A DNA stretch of 62,342 bases, filler included, from Hausera hauseri (taxonomy: Eukaryota), in NCBI GenBank assembly GCA_046269625.1. It is 11 parts of 11 records of this genome, joined end to end, with 100 filler letters (N's around TTAATTAATTAA, not from the genome) between each part and the next. Parts side by side here need not be neighbours in the genome. Positions count along the whole stretch, not along the records: positions 36,066 to 43,487 come from JBJURY010015454.1; positions 43,588 to 51,955 come from JBJURY010669884.1; 9 more parts are not named here. One strand, 5' to 3'. A program made the position numbers and the translations under genes. The first letter of the stretch is position 1; each line of letters starts with the position of its first letter. The notes beneath the pieces were generated by a model that was not told where the DNA came from, did not search any database, and worked only from the letters and a program-made list of their open reading frames with translations. Of the stretch, positions 36,446 to 49,218 are shown in pieces.

Positions 36446-36539
36446 TTTTCTATCTGTCGCCGCTAAATGTTATATCGAATTTTGCTTCCTCAGAGCCTAA
36501 AAACATACTAATTCGCCGAATTTTGCACTTTAGATCGAT

Positions 36540-37330
36540 ATTAATCGATAAATAATGGATAAATTTAAATTCTAACTACACATTCGTATATTACACCATG
36601 TTTCCTTTCGAATGCACCAGGTCACATGTCCCAATCATCTATATTGGATTTATCAAAAATTCCATATTATTGATTTTTGCACACTTGCACACGTGTTTTT
36701 GCACTGCACACCACATATCAACGTGCATTTCGATGTGCTCTATCCATTAGCTTTTCACTCCGATCAATTCAATCAATCATACGATGCACAAGAGCAAAAG
36801 TGTGCAAAGTGAAAAAGTGCCCTGGAAACCGTATACAAAAGTACACATTACTCGAGTATTCCACTGATCGAAAGTACATCACGTACTGCATCCGCCAGTA
36901 CATATGCAATATTCATATTATTAATTTGAAATTTATAGCGGAAAGGCCTGTGGTGGTTCGGTCCCACTTGCGAATTATGTGAAAACCAATCATTCGATTT
37001 AAATTCTATCTGCACATTAATATAGCGCATCATGTGTGCTACCGATTTCACCCGGTGCCGAGTGCTAATCATCAATATTAGATTTATTGGAAATCCAATA
37101 TTATTGATTTTTGCACACTTGTACATGTGCTGCACACCTGCACTGTGCACCAATTGATGCATACTGATGTGCACTATCGACCACCATTTTGTCCAGATCG
37201 ATTCGATCAATACTGCAATGTGCAGCGATCGATTTGTAAAATGTGCCAAAGTGCACCTAGCAACCGTGCCTAGCGATACCGTCACCTAGCATTCTAAAGA
37301 TCGATAGTGCTCCGTGTGCTCTATTGATTG
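36540..37330 (-). repeat. Second copy of the repeat family at 30205-30946
   Basis: Reverse-complement similarity across both tandem units. Confidence 0.85.
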
Positions 37331-37386
37331 GCACATGTTCAGTATCGATTCCTGGGGGGTGGGACCGAACCGCCATTTTTCCCCTA

Positions 37387-39870
37387 TTAACGGTCTACGC
37401 ATGTTAGTATATATTTGTTATTCTTGTGCGTCGTGGGTACTGGTCCCACGATGTACGTCAATATGGCTTTCATTGGTCTATCTGGTACAGCTGTCTGTTT
37501 CAGCTCTGCTATGTAATTCCACATTTTCCTCTGCTTAGTCGCCCATACTTTGCAAGTGCTTACCCAGTTTTTCACATCACTATATCTACTAGGCCAATAG
37601 TATTTGTTTAACGCCCTATCGAACGTCTTCTTCCAGGACATGTGTCCAGTCAAATACGAATCGTGTTCGGCCATTAAAACTTTAGTCTGTAGAGTTTTTT
37701 GAATAACTACTAATATTCTTTCCTTTCGTTCGTAATACAACACTTTTTCATTGTTATTGTTCTTGGAGACACAATATTTATGTCCACGTCGTTGTAAATG
37801 TTTCGCTAACTGGTGCCCTTTTGGCATTACGTCTGCTTCAGCGAAATCCATGATTTGTTGGATAACTTGATCTTTCTTTTGTTCGCTTGAAATTCTAGTT
37901 GCTCCGTCCGACGCTAAGGTTCGTTGTCGATCTACTAACTCTTCGAGCTGGATTTTCTTCATCGTCACAATAGCACTTTGTTTTCATTTTTAATAGTAAC
38001 AACGCATCAGCATCAACATGCTTCACACCAGGTTTATATTGGAATTCAATATTATATCTTGAGATCTCTTCAATTCATCTATTCAACCTACACGTAGGGT
38101 TGTTTGCTCGTCCCTTTAAATTTGTAACTACCTTGTGATCGTAACTATTAATATCTTCAGTCCATAGACGTAAACGTTAAAATGCCTTAAGGCTTCTTTT
38201 ACTGCTAACGTTTTTAGTTCTGTCACTGAATGGTTTTTTTCTGCTTTTTCAGGAAGCGTCTTCCATAAGCAGTTGGATGTTCTAGTTCTTCGTCTTCGCG
38301 TTTCTGTGCCAATTCATATCCGATATCTTCTTTACTTGCGTCTCTTTTAATAATAAACGGTAAGTTAAAATCAGTACTGGTTCGCTATTTAGTATCTTCT
38401 TCATTACGTCGAACGCCTTTTGTTCAACATCGGTTCATCTCCATTTCGTTCGCTTTTTTAATAATCGGTATAATGATTCATTGATTTTTGAGTTCTGCGG
38501 TACGTAGGTAGCATAATATCCACATAGACTTAACCAATGTCTCAGTTCCTTTTGGTTCTGAGATTCCATTCAGTTTGAAATTTTATTCAGTAATGATTTG
38601 GAGGCTTGGATCCTTCTTCGCCAACTATATGGCCAAGATAGGACACGGCGTTTTGGGCCAATTTGCATTTTTTGGGGTTTACTTTTAACCCGGCTTGTTC
38701 TAATCTCATAAGAGTGTATTCAATATCCTTCAGATGCTCCTTTACGTCTTCTGATACAATCATTGCGTCATCTAAATACGTAAATGCATGTTCAAGTCAC
38801 ATTAGCACTTTATTCGTCATCCTGGTTAATATGGCTGGACCAGTGGTAATTCCAAATGGCATAACGTTGAATTCGTATACGCCATCATGAGTTTTAAACA
38901 CTGTTTTATAACGATCTTCATCCTCAATCTCTACTTGCCAATATCCGGATTGTACGTCCAGAGTGGTGAACTATTTTGCTCCTGAGAGCCTGTCTGGAAC
39001 CTCTTTCACAGATGGTAAAGGAAACAAATCTTTCATCATGAGAATATTTAATACTCTATAATCGATACAAAATCGATGTTTTGTGGTACCTTTTTTTAAC
39101 CATAAGAATAGGGGAATACCATGATCTGAAACTTGGCCGGATTATATCGGCCTTTAACATACGTTCTACCTCCTTGGTTACCTCCAGCCTTACAGAATGC
39201 GGCGGCGGATACCATTTTGGCATTTTTTGTTCTTCGAGATCGATTTCATAGTTGGAACCAGGCTTTTTCTTAAGTGGTATAGTGAATTTTAACGTCTTTG
39301 CTCGGCCTGTATCTTCTTAGTCCTTCGCAATGATTGATTTATATCGACATATTAATTCGTAAAACTGGTAATAAGCTTCTGGTGAAAACTTTGTATCGAC
39401 GTGTGATGGAAATTCAGCGTATTTATACGGTTTCTCTTTAACCGTTACTGCTGATACATTGTAGATATGCCCTAGAGTAGTATTAGCATATAACCTCATT
39501 GAAGTATGAGGATTATTCATTATTTTTACAGGTATTCGTCCCGACGCTACTCGGGTTAATATATTGCTCAATATTATATTCGGGTTTAGTGTTTATTTTG
39601 GCTCAAAATATGCTGGTAAATCGTCGTCTTGACAGATTTGTGCAAATAAGAACAATTCCGTTCTGGGAGGAATGTTTTCGTCGACTGCAATCCAGACTTC
39701 TCCGGGTTCCCTCTCTTTATTAATCTTATTTCCTTTCATTGGTCCGAGCTTGATTAACTTCGAGGCATTCAAATCTACCACGATGTTTGGTAGACGTCTC
39801 AATATATCACACCCTAGCACCATATTATTCCATTATAGAAAATTCATATTGGAATATTTGTTCCATTATT
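37387..39870 (-). mobile_element. Gypsy pol (protease C-terminus, RT, RNase H, integrase N-terminus), a close relative of 22480-25418
   Basis: VLGCDIL, HRFCIDYR and YLDD. QLEELVDRQR..QKKDQVIQQI..PKGHQL..HLQRRGHKYC matches QLKELVDKQR..QKKDKIIQQI..PKGNQL..HLQRHGHKYC. Confidence 0.95.
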
Positions 39871-41910
39871 TTAAGATTAGGATTCCACTTAAATTTTGGT
39901 CTTGATTCTTGTCCGAGTATATTACTTTGCGATCATCTACCGGCTGGCGGCATAATTCGGATTTTTCCATGTTTTGGTACATCTTCCGTAGCACGCTGTA
40001 TTGTTTTGTCACTTCATAGGGATCATCGTAACTGAAAGGCTTTCGATAAATTTCCGAACTACAGGAGTTAATAGATCTCTTATTGCTGTCTTCGTATTGC
40101 GGTGCCGAAGGGGGCAGCATTGGTAAAGGCGGCCTAAGCGTCTTACGATTGCTTATCTTGGAGACCGCGTCTCCTCCCTTAGGCTCATCATCATCCGAAT
40201 CATTTCTTCGAAATTTTGTATTTCTTTGTCCTATAAAAAATATAGGTTTTCTCTTTTGTTTCCGATTATAATAACCAACGTATCTCTCCACGTCACTTTT
40301 CCATTTGTTTTCTTTGTAGGCCTTCAAAAATTTTCCAAACAGTGTTATGATCGCGGTCAAAATTTTGCATGAAAATCCGGTTAGAGTAAATATTTCGTTG
40401 TCATTTATGATGGATTGAATTATAACCTTTATAAGTTGTATCAAGAAATAGATGGCTAAAAATCCTGATGCAGCTTGTCCGAAAATTAAAAATCCTCCCC
40501 AGATTTTATATAGTATTTCTGTAGTGACTCTTTGATAATGATTAACGCCAAGTAGGGATTCCCATTTTGCTTGATAGCGAGTGTCATCCATCACCGTTGA
40601 CATAGCTCTATTTAGCTCATGTGTACGCTGTCGAGGGAAGGCTAGGAATTGTCTTAAAGCTTCAATTGCCTTTGGTCGGTAAATCCATTTACTTGCGGTG
40701 TCAGTGAACTTATCATCCGCTATGCATTTTAACAAATTTTTTTAGTTAATTTTCCCCGCGTGAGTATTATTCCTCCATTAGGCAGACTTACCAAATCTGT
40801 CTCACTCCTCTTGAACATAGGTTCGCCTAAACCTGCTTTGCATTCTTTGAAAACAATTGGTTGTGTCGCGTTTTCTAGCAAGACTCTATTGAGTGGCATA
40901 ACCAATCGAGGAACGTTTTGATATATGATTGGCAATTCTTGAATACAACGTTTTTCCTCCACGTTTAGGGATAAATCTCGTTTTTCGCATCCGTAGGTCA
41001 ACAGGACTTCTCCGGTAACTCTTCGAAAATGCCTTCTTTCATTGAAATTACGGGCGATGCTAGTTCTGGATTTGCGTATAATAAGGCTAGTGTGGTCCTC
41101 ATGATTTCCGTATCCAATTTACAGTCACCTGCGATCATCTTGCGGTATAACTCTGCAAGTCCAATTTGCCCTTTATAATAGAAGTAATCATCTCTATTCT
41201 TTAAGTAATCTTTCCGTGGTTTCGTTAAATTTATTTCTTTTATTTTAATAAAGGTACAATCGTTCATAGGTGGTGGGGTCCAAATAACTATTGTATTTCG
41301 GAAAGTACAGGCACCATCTTGGATATGACACTTCTGGTTTTCGGTATATTTTTGTGTAACTCTATGGAACATCACCTATTAATTCCTCATCTCTGTCTTA
41401 TGGAAATCAACTACTACTATTCATGCTTCTCTTCCTTTTCCTGTATTGTATTCACCTCATTTAGACTATCCCGTGTGCATGTTTAATTTCCCAGTTGCTA
41501 CTTTATACACCCGAATTATCATTCCTGGTTTAATTTCTAATTCCATCCCATCCCATCGCAATCTTCCGGTTTCCTTGGCTTGTTTGCATTGTTGTTGATC
41601 TAAATCCATAGGTATTAGCGGTGTCGTTGGATTTGCCATTGACGAATGTCCGTGTATATTTTCACAGTAGAAAATGCTTCGCAATTGTCGTAACATGCAC
41701 TCTATTCCGTCTATTGCGATTAGTTCGCGTTACTGATACAAGAAATACTTTTTCTCAATGGTTACTAATTTGTGGGGTCTGGCATCCTCATATAGCTCCA
41801 GATCTATCAGGGAATATTTTTGACCTATTTTAAACTTATCACAGTCATATACCGTAATTGCGCCGAGTTGTCTTATTAACATAATAAGTTTTATTAGTTT
41901 AATCATCCAA
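39866..41910 (-). pseudogene. Chuvirus-like (class III, gB-related) envelope glycoprotein, frameshifted
   Basis: Signal-like segment then VYDC...YSLIDLE, C..HGHSS, QCKQAKETG, CHIQDGAC....IVIW......C, C........CIQELPI.Y......MP..RVL, and C-terminal TM GGFLIFGQAASGFLAIYFLIQLIK. The Cys spacing is recalled from chuvirus-type G proteins. Confidence 0.7.
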
Positions 41911-43487
41911 TTTGATTCACTATCTCTTGCTGAGTTAGTTGGTATTAGATTCCTTACCATGTTTTCAATTCTAGTGGTCAACTTGTTTCTATCGTCGTCG
42001 TCAAATAGCTTTGACATATTTATCTCACTAGGTTTTTTCCTAGCAGCTTTTCGGATCAATCTAATGGTTCTATTAAATTCATTTTCCTTTAAGGGATTTG
42101 TTTTGATTGCCAAGTACAATATTACTTTCCCTAATTCTTCCTTAGTATTCTCTACTATAATTTTCTCGATTAAAACTTCTTCAGGTAAGTTGCTCTTGTT
42201 CATTTTGAACCGAAATGTTCTCATTATCTTTGCTGCGTCGTATATTGCTTTTTCCTTTTCATCTAACATCTCGTTTCTTGGTCCCGAATAGTTCATTATT
42301 TTTATAATGTTTCTCAGCAACTCGTTTAATTCTTCGCTATCGGAATTAACCGCGGGCATGGATAGGTGCCTTAGTTTTCATATCAGAGTTGCACTTTGGT
42401 CAATATCATCCTTATTTTTCTCGGCCTTCCAACTAGTCGTTTCTGTTTCAGCGCAGTTGGTACTTCTTCACTAATCGGTACTAGATTCTTATCTTATTGT
42501 TTCTTATCTTCCTCACTTTGGAGGTAGTCAAAATACATGACAGGGTCTCGGATTCCCATAATGTGCCCTACACAGTGTTCATTTCTAACTTTTCTTACAG
42601 CCTCATCTTTTGTCTGTTCATCGGTAATTATAGCCACTATTCGATTTTGTTCCTCCGGAATATTTCCAACGTCTGTTAGTAGCTCAGGAAGTATAACCGA
42701 TAATTTACTTAATCTTTCCCACTGTTTTGTAATATACATTGTTTTACTTCTCTAACCGATGTTATCGTTGTACATTTAATTTCTCTCTCTTCCATCCATT
42801 CAGCTTATATTTTTACCTTAATCGTTGGTTCGGGTTTAGCATTTAAGAAATCAGCGTATTTCTTTATCAATAGTCTGAGTACTAAGCTATAAACGGTATT
42901 TTCGCTTTATAGTTTGGTTAATGTAGGGATCAATTGTCTCAGTTTACTCCCCGTTATGTTTACGTTAATCTGTTCAATTAATTCTTTCTCGGCCCGTGCG
43001 GGGTATAAGAGCATCTCCATATCAAATCGTCGATCTGTTGGACGAATATCCATTTGTTGAAGTTGGATGGGTGTTTTGGGGTTTTGGTTGTACACATCTT
43101 CCAAATAGGCATCCCATCCTGAGTCGTCTGTGACGTCTGGTAATCTATAATCTAGTAATACCGTGGACGTACTTCGTATATTCTCGCGGATCTCATTTAA
43201 TCTTGACTGTACTTCTCTCATTAAGTTGGTCCTAAATTCTGCTCCGTTCCCACATGCCAATTGTATTGTTTTTAATGTCGGACCTAGTTCGTCTGTAGGT
43301 AACAACCCTCTTCTTTCATAATCTGTTAATTCGGTCGTTACATGCGTTAACCATCTTTGCACAAATTCTCTTTTACTCGTTAACTCTGACTGCGTGATCT
43401 TATATTTATTTTTATAAGTCTCCAATTCTTTGCCTAATTCATCTAGCTTCGCAGCTCTTTACTTTGTGCGGAGTCGCAACTCTTCTA
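41910..43487 (-). pseudogene. Helical gag-position ORF upstream of the glycoprotein
   Basis: ORFs 42907-43425, 42494-42739 and 41730-42359; the last runs in frame into the glycoprotein signal segment. No diagnostic gag motif was recognised. Confidence 0.45.
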
Positions 43488-43856
43488 NNNNNNNNNNNNN
43501 NNNNNNNNNNNNNNNNNNNNNNNNNNNNNNNTTAATTAATTAANNNNNNNNNNNNNNNNNNNNNNNNNNNNNNNNNNNNNNNNNNNNCGCTATTAACTTT
43601 TGCTCACCTCGTCACGGGCTATCGATATCACTCGGTCCGAACCTCTTCACTCGACCTCTTTTCCGCGGAGGGGGGTTTCCGATTATTTTTAGTAAAATGT
43701 TCAGAATAGCCAATCAGGTGGGGAAAATTGGTCGGCGGACCAATCAGAGAGGTGAGGTAGGGAAGACACTTCTACCTACAGTTTCAAATCGCGAAGTACA
43801 AGAAAAACGAAAATTTGATGGTTTAATATTTTTATTTACTTTAAATATTTGGCACG

Positions 43857-44560
43857 CTACGCATTGATCAACTCAATTCTGAACATCCTTTTGCTTAAAA
43901 GGTCAGATAACCTGATTGTGTAGTAGATTATAAGTGTTTTTTGCTCCTGGATGATGCAATCGGTGCATGTGATCGAATGCCTTTTTTCGGAAGGAGTTAT
44001 GCAGTATTGGTCTTTTCCTACCATGAATTGAGGTATCGAAATATATGCCATCCGGTAAATTGACGAACTTGAAATGGATTAAATCTTCCTTTCAGGGCTG
44101 CTTTTCTCGAAGTTCGTCTGCCTCAATTATTGAAGAAAAAGTCAATGAAGCTACGGGATGCGGTAAGAAATCTGTGAGAATGTTTCGTAATCCCGGAATG
44201 TGTACTATGTCAAAGTGAAAAATGGACAAATAAGAAATTTGGCGTTTTTGTATGAGTGAAGGTTGCTTCATGTTAAGCATGTAGAGGAAAAGTTTATGAT
44301 CAGTCTGAAAAGTGAATGTTCGAGCTTGAAAAATATGCTTAGTGTTTAACTGACATCATTACTGCTAATAATTCTCGATCAAACGTACAGTACCTATGTT
44401 CGACTTCAGAAAATTTTTTGGAGAAGAATTCCAAAAGTTCGTTTCGACCATTAGCATCTTGGTGAAGTACGGCGCCCACTGCGACTGTGGATGCATCTGT
44501 AGTAAGAAATAATTTTGCGCTTGGAACTGGAAAAGCTAGTAATTCTTGTAGTGCCTTAAA
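43857..44560 (-). mobile_element. Gypsy RNase H and integrase zinc-binding remnants
   Basis: LTTDASTVAVGAVLHQ, FDRELLAV, TDHK, HIPG..NILTDFL and AFDH.H.LHHPGAK. Confidence 0.8.
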
Positions 44561-44964
44561 TGTGATCGCACTGGAGGGGTACTAATTGGTGAGGAGATTT
44601 TCTTCATGCAACAACAAACACCGAATAATATTGCTAATCAATATACCAACCAATTCGTAAGCCTCATACCAGTATAAAATTCAGGATTCAGAAATCTTAC
44701 CTGGTGGAACTCTCAGAATAACAAATGAGCATTGTTTGAGTCATTAGATTGTTCGAGAAGCATTCTATCTGGTGCAGTCAAAAACAAAAACAATCTTCCT
44801 GTAGTTCCTATCATAAGTAAAGATAGAAGATTTAAGTATCTCCTCCAAATGTTAATCAAAGACACCGACACATTGTAAAAATCAACGAACGTTGTTGCGG
44901 AACATAAGAAGTTACATTAAGGAACTTTAAAAGTCTAGCATAAACAAAAATCTGACTAACTAAT

Positions 44965-45182
44965 GTATCGTGTACGTGTGTCATATGTATATATATATTA
45001 TGTGTTTCGTGTCAATTTTATTATGTATTAGATAAAAATTATGTACTAAGTGGGTTAGAAAATTAATTATTGATTTCTTGTTTTGAAAGTAAAGAATAAA
45101 TTATCTTTCATCTCGGCTATTCTTTTATCGTCTGGATTTATCTTTTCCCGATATGAAACTACATTTAGTGTCAGAAAGTTCC
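44965..45182 (+). mobile_element. LTR 3' part and PBS immediately upstream of the clathrin retrocopy
   Basis: AATAAA at about 45095, then ...ACTACA|TTTAGTGTCAGAAAGTTCC, which matches the intact PBS TTTGGTGTCAGAAGTTCC at 50296-50279 on the minus strand. Confidence 0.65.
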
Positions 45183-45194
45183 GTAATAGTGCAA

Positions 45195-47500
45195 ATGAGT
45201 AATTCTGTGATGCCTATACGATTTCAGGAGCATTTTCAGCTTTTGACAATCGATAAAAGTGCTGCACCCTGACGATTGAACCGGATAAATTTATTTGCGT
45301 TCGAGAACGAGCAGGTGAAACATTTCAGGTTGTCGTTGCCGATCGAAAAGGGCCCAACAAATTCTATCAAATGGCCAATTTCTGCCGATTCTGCAATAAT
45401 GAATCCGATCAGTAAAGTGATTGCGTCGAAAGCCGGGAAAACTGCAAATATTTAACATTGAATTAAAAAGCAAAATGAAACTTCAATTTATCGGAGGACG
45501 TCATCTTTTGGAAATGGACGTCATTTTCGATGAATACGATTACTCTTGTTACGGAAAGTGTAGTGTTCCATTGGTCAATGGAAGGTGATTCAAGTCCTAT
45601 AAAAATATTTGATCGACATTCGTCGTTAAACGGTTGTCAAATCCTTAATTATCGTTGTAATCCCAGTATGAAATGGCTAATTTTAATCAGTATTTTGGCA
45701 CAGCAAAGTAGAGTTGTTGGTGCTATCCAATTGTACAGCGTTGATAGGAAAGTCAGTCGCACAATCGAAGGTCATGTAGCATCGTTCGCACATAAAAATC
45801 GAAAACACTCCAAATGCATCCACGTCGTTTTGTTTTCCCGTTCGCAGAACACAACAGGGAAAATTGCATACAATTGAAGCTGACCAGACTCCTACCGGAA
45901 ATCAACCGTTCATTAATAAGGCTGTCGATGTTATATTCTCACCGGAAGCAGCAGCTGATTTTCCAGTAGCTATGCATACTTCCAACAAGTACAATATAGT
46001 ATTTCTAATCACCAAATATGGTTACATCCACTTGCACGATATCGAAACCGGAACATACATTTATGTAAATCGCATCATCAGTGAAACAATATTTGTCACA
46101 TCACTGTACGAAGCCACCGCTGAAATTATCGGAGTAAACCGAAAGGGTCAGGTTTTATCTGTTTGGGTTGAGGAAGACACGATCGTTTCTTACATTACAA
46201 ATACTCTAACATGCCCGACTTGGCTTTACGAGTGACTAGCAGAAATAATCTGCCAGGCGGAGTAGACATTTTGGTTCACGATTCAACAACCTTTTCAGTA
46301 GCGATCAGTATTCCGAGGCTGCAAAGGTCGCAGCAAGTGCACTGAAAGGAATGTTAAGAACTGCGCAAGCAATTCAGCGATTTCAGCAAGTGCCTACTCC
46401 AAGAGGCAAATCGCCTTTACTTTAATCATTCGGAATTTTATTAGACCAAGGACAACTTCGCAAATACGAAAGTCTGGAACTCTGTCGACCAGTTATTTTA
46501 CTAGGCAAGAAACGGTTACTCGAAAAGTGGTTAAAGGAAGATAAACTTGAATGCTCCAAAGAACTGGGTGACATTGTTAAAGAGAGTGACCCCACATTGG
46601 CATTGCCCGCTTATTTAAGAGCAAATGTGCCTCAGACGGTTGTTCCGTGTTTTGCAGAAACGGGGCAGTTTCAGAAGATTATTCTGTACTCGAAAAAGGT
46701 TCGATTCACACCAGATTACGTATACCTGCTGAGAAATCTGATGAGAATAAATCTTGACCAGGGTCTACAACTAATTTTGAAGGAAGCTAAATTGACCGAT
46801 CACTTATCTCTCATAATTGTCTGTGATAGATTCAATTTTGCTCACGATTTGGTACTTTATCTGTACCGGAATCTACTGCAGAAGTACATTGAAATATACT
46901 TGCAAAAAATGAACTTCCAGCGACTGCCATTTGTCTTTGGTGGTTTGGTCGATGTCGATTGTTCCGAACAGGTTATTATACAACTCATAATGGTTATCAG
47001 AGGCCGGTTCAGTACCGATGAACTTATTGTCGAAGTCGATAAACGGAATTGACTCCAACTGTTGTGGCCATGGTTAGAATACCGAATCCACGATGGATCC
47101 GTTGGACCGGCAACTCACTATGCACTGGTCAAAGTCTATTGGAATAGAAACAACAACCAGTGACGAACTCTGCAAGAAAACCAGTTTTACAACAGTCGTG
47201 TTGTGGGAAAGTACTGTGAAAAGAGAGATCCCCATTTGGCATGTGTTGCATACAAACGCGGTCAGTGTAATCAGGAATTGATTAAAGTATGTAACAAAAA
47301 CAGTTCCTTTAAAACCGAAGCACGATACTTGGTTTGTTGTAAAGATCCTGATCTTTAGTGTAAGATTTTGGGCGACAGCAATGAATACAGACGTCGGCTA
47401 ATCGTCCAAACAGCATTGTCAGAAACTCTGGTTCCCGAAGAAATCTCCATCGCTGTCAATGCACTTATGGCCGCCGATATGCCCAATGAATTGATTGATG
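45195..47500 (+). pseudogene. CLTC: Clathrin heavy chain processed pseudogene (N-terminal part, intronless, internally deleted)
   Basis: [76 protein letters not shown] and LIIVCDRF; many frameshifts and stops. Confidence 0.96.
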
Positions 47501-48250
47501 AAAAATTCGATGTTCTCAAACTTTCTTATCGGCACTTGTTCAGACAGAATTAAAACTGCTGATATGTACCTCCAGGTCATTGATATTCACATTTACAAAC
47601 TCTCCGTTTTCGTCAGTGATATTGTGACTCAAATTCTTAGACAAGAACTACAAACTCTCATAGCATCTGTTGCTACAACTGAATTGTCGTTCTCTATTGG
47701 AGACCCCGAAGGTTCATTAGAGAATGTGTCTGTTGAACACTTAAAAAAATCGGTGCGTCAACATCATCCAAAAACTCCAATTCCACAAAAAACCCTTCGC
47801 ACCATATTCGACCTTAGTTTCTCAAAAAAGTACGATGTTCCACAAAATCTGTCTCCAAACGATAACGTCGTGAAAGCTGCTCAACGTTATCAGTTTGTTA
47901 TCGACGGGAAAACGGCAACAACGAACTCATTGGACGCACTGCGAGTCAACAGCAACCTCACCGACCGACCGGTAGACGTTCTCTCATCACAGGCATTCAA
48001 ACACAGGTTGGTGAAATTCTTTTCGCTGATTTGCGCCCACCAGTGCGGCCATTTTTTGCGCATATGCAAATCCTTCGTGGCTGACACCAACTTTCATTTA
48101 AAAGGCCTTTAAGTTCAAGAACTCTGGATATTATCTTATCACAATTAATATTTGCCACTACTTTTCCGACTGCACGCTCGAACCTCTTCTTAACCCAAAA
48201 GGTAACCGCCCAAGCTCTCCATGCATGTCAAAGTTCTCCTGGGATTACCT
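47500..48250 (+). pseudogene. Unknown coding region between the clathrin copy and UBL-Gag
   Basis: 205-aa ORF 47495-48112 with no recognised motif. Confidence 0.4.
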
Positions 48251-48254
48251 CACT

Positions 48255-48740
48255 GAAAATTTCCTTCTTGGTATTTATCAATAATCAACTCATACAAACA
48301 ATGCGCACTTACCGACACGGCACAGTCCTTGTACAACTCCTTGTCCCTCCTATTCCACCCTTCTGATTTCTATTTCACACATCATGGTCTCACTGTACAT
48401 CCTCCCGACTCGCTTTTGCCATTCAAATGCCACGAACGTCCGATCATCTATCTCATGCTTACGTCCGCCTTCGGGGTGGATCGGACCCGAATCCATCTTT
48501 CTGGGATGATAAATACACATACATACAATATCTAACGTGTACCAAACTGTCAACAAACACGAGCTTTGTTAAATCTACCTTGTGTGGATTTTTTTCTTGA
48601 TAAAAACAACTCCAGCAAACCATGGGCCCAATTCCACCAACAGTGGCTAAAATCCAACAACATCACCGACTCCTTTGTGCGGGCCAATAGTCTTTTGATA
48701 CTTCTGCCTGCCAACGTCAAGCAGCAGATCAGTAACTGGA
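48255..48740 (+). mobile_element. Ubiquitin-like domain ending RLRGG (copy 2) and truncated Gag N-terminus
   Basis: ISFLVFINNQLIQTMR..SLYNSLS....SDFYFTHHGLTVHPPDSL....HAYVRLRGG|SDP, with RLRGG at 48466-48480. Gag WLKSNNITDSFVRANSLLILLPA matches the gag at 10217. Confidence 0.8.
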
Positions 48741-48793
48741 AGTTTTAAATTGTAATGATATAATAAATAAATAGTTATTCTGACCCCCAACAT

Positions 48794-49207
48794 GGTGCAG
48801 AGCACTAACCACGCTCTGCTACCATAAAATGGATGATATAAAATAGATGCCTCATTATAATTTAGAGGTTTGCTGGGCCCATTATTTGTAAACTTTGTTC
48901 CACAATTCATATTCTCTATTATTATTTGTATTTCTCTTTTCGAGTCCCATAACCCCAGTACCGGTTTCTTTTGTGGAAAACAAATTATCATCTGAGGAGA
49001 ACACCCATCTCCACGTTTATCTCTTTTTATAGTCACTACTACCCCGTCGGATTCATTTGTTCCGAAATTTTTTAGTGTTGACCGAAATTTCATAACATCC
49101 GGTCTATATATCCCCATATACCCTTTACCAAATATATATAGATATAAAAAACATTCAATTTAATTTTTTCATTTTATGGTAGCAGAGCGTGGTTAGTGCT
49201 ATGCACC
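48794..49207. repeat. 38-bp inverted repeat pair containing a tRNA-iMet-type PBS
   Basis: 48794-48831 and 49170-49207 match at 37/38; the core is TGGTAGCAGAGCGTGGTT. Confidence 0.85.
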
Positions 49208-49218
49208 GTTGAAATCGT

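Noticed and set aside
39420-39700. Possible dUTPase between protease and RT
   Set aside because: A beta-rich linker common in Gypsy pol; no dUTPase catalytic motifs are visible.
48810-48960. Possible tRNA-iMet gene
   Set aside because: Only short pieces in the wrong order; no cloverleaf can be built.
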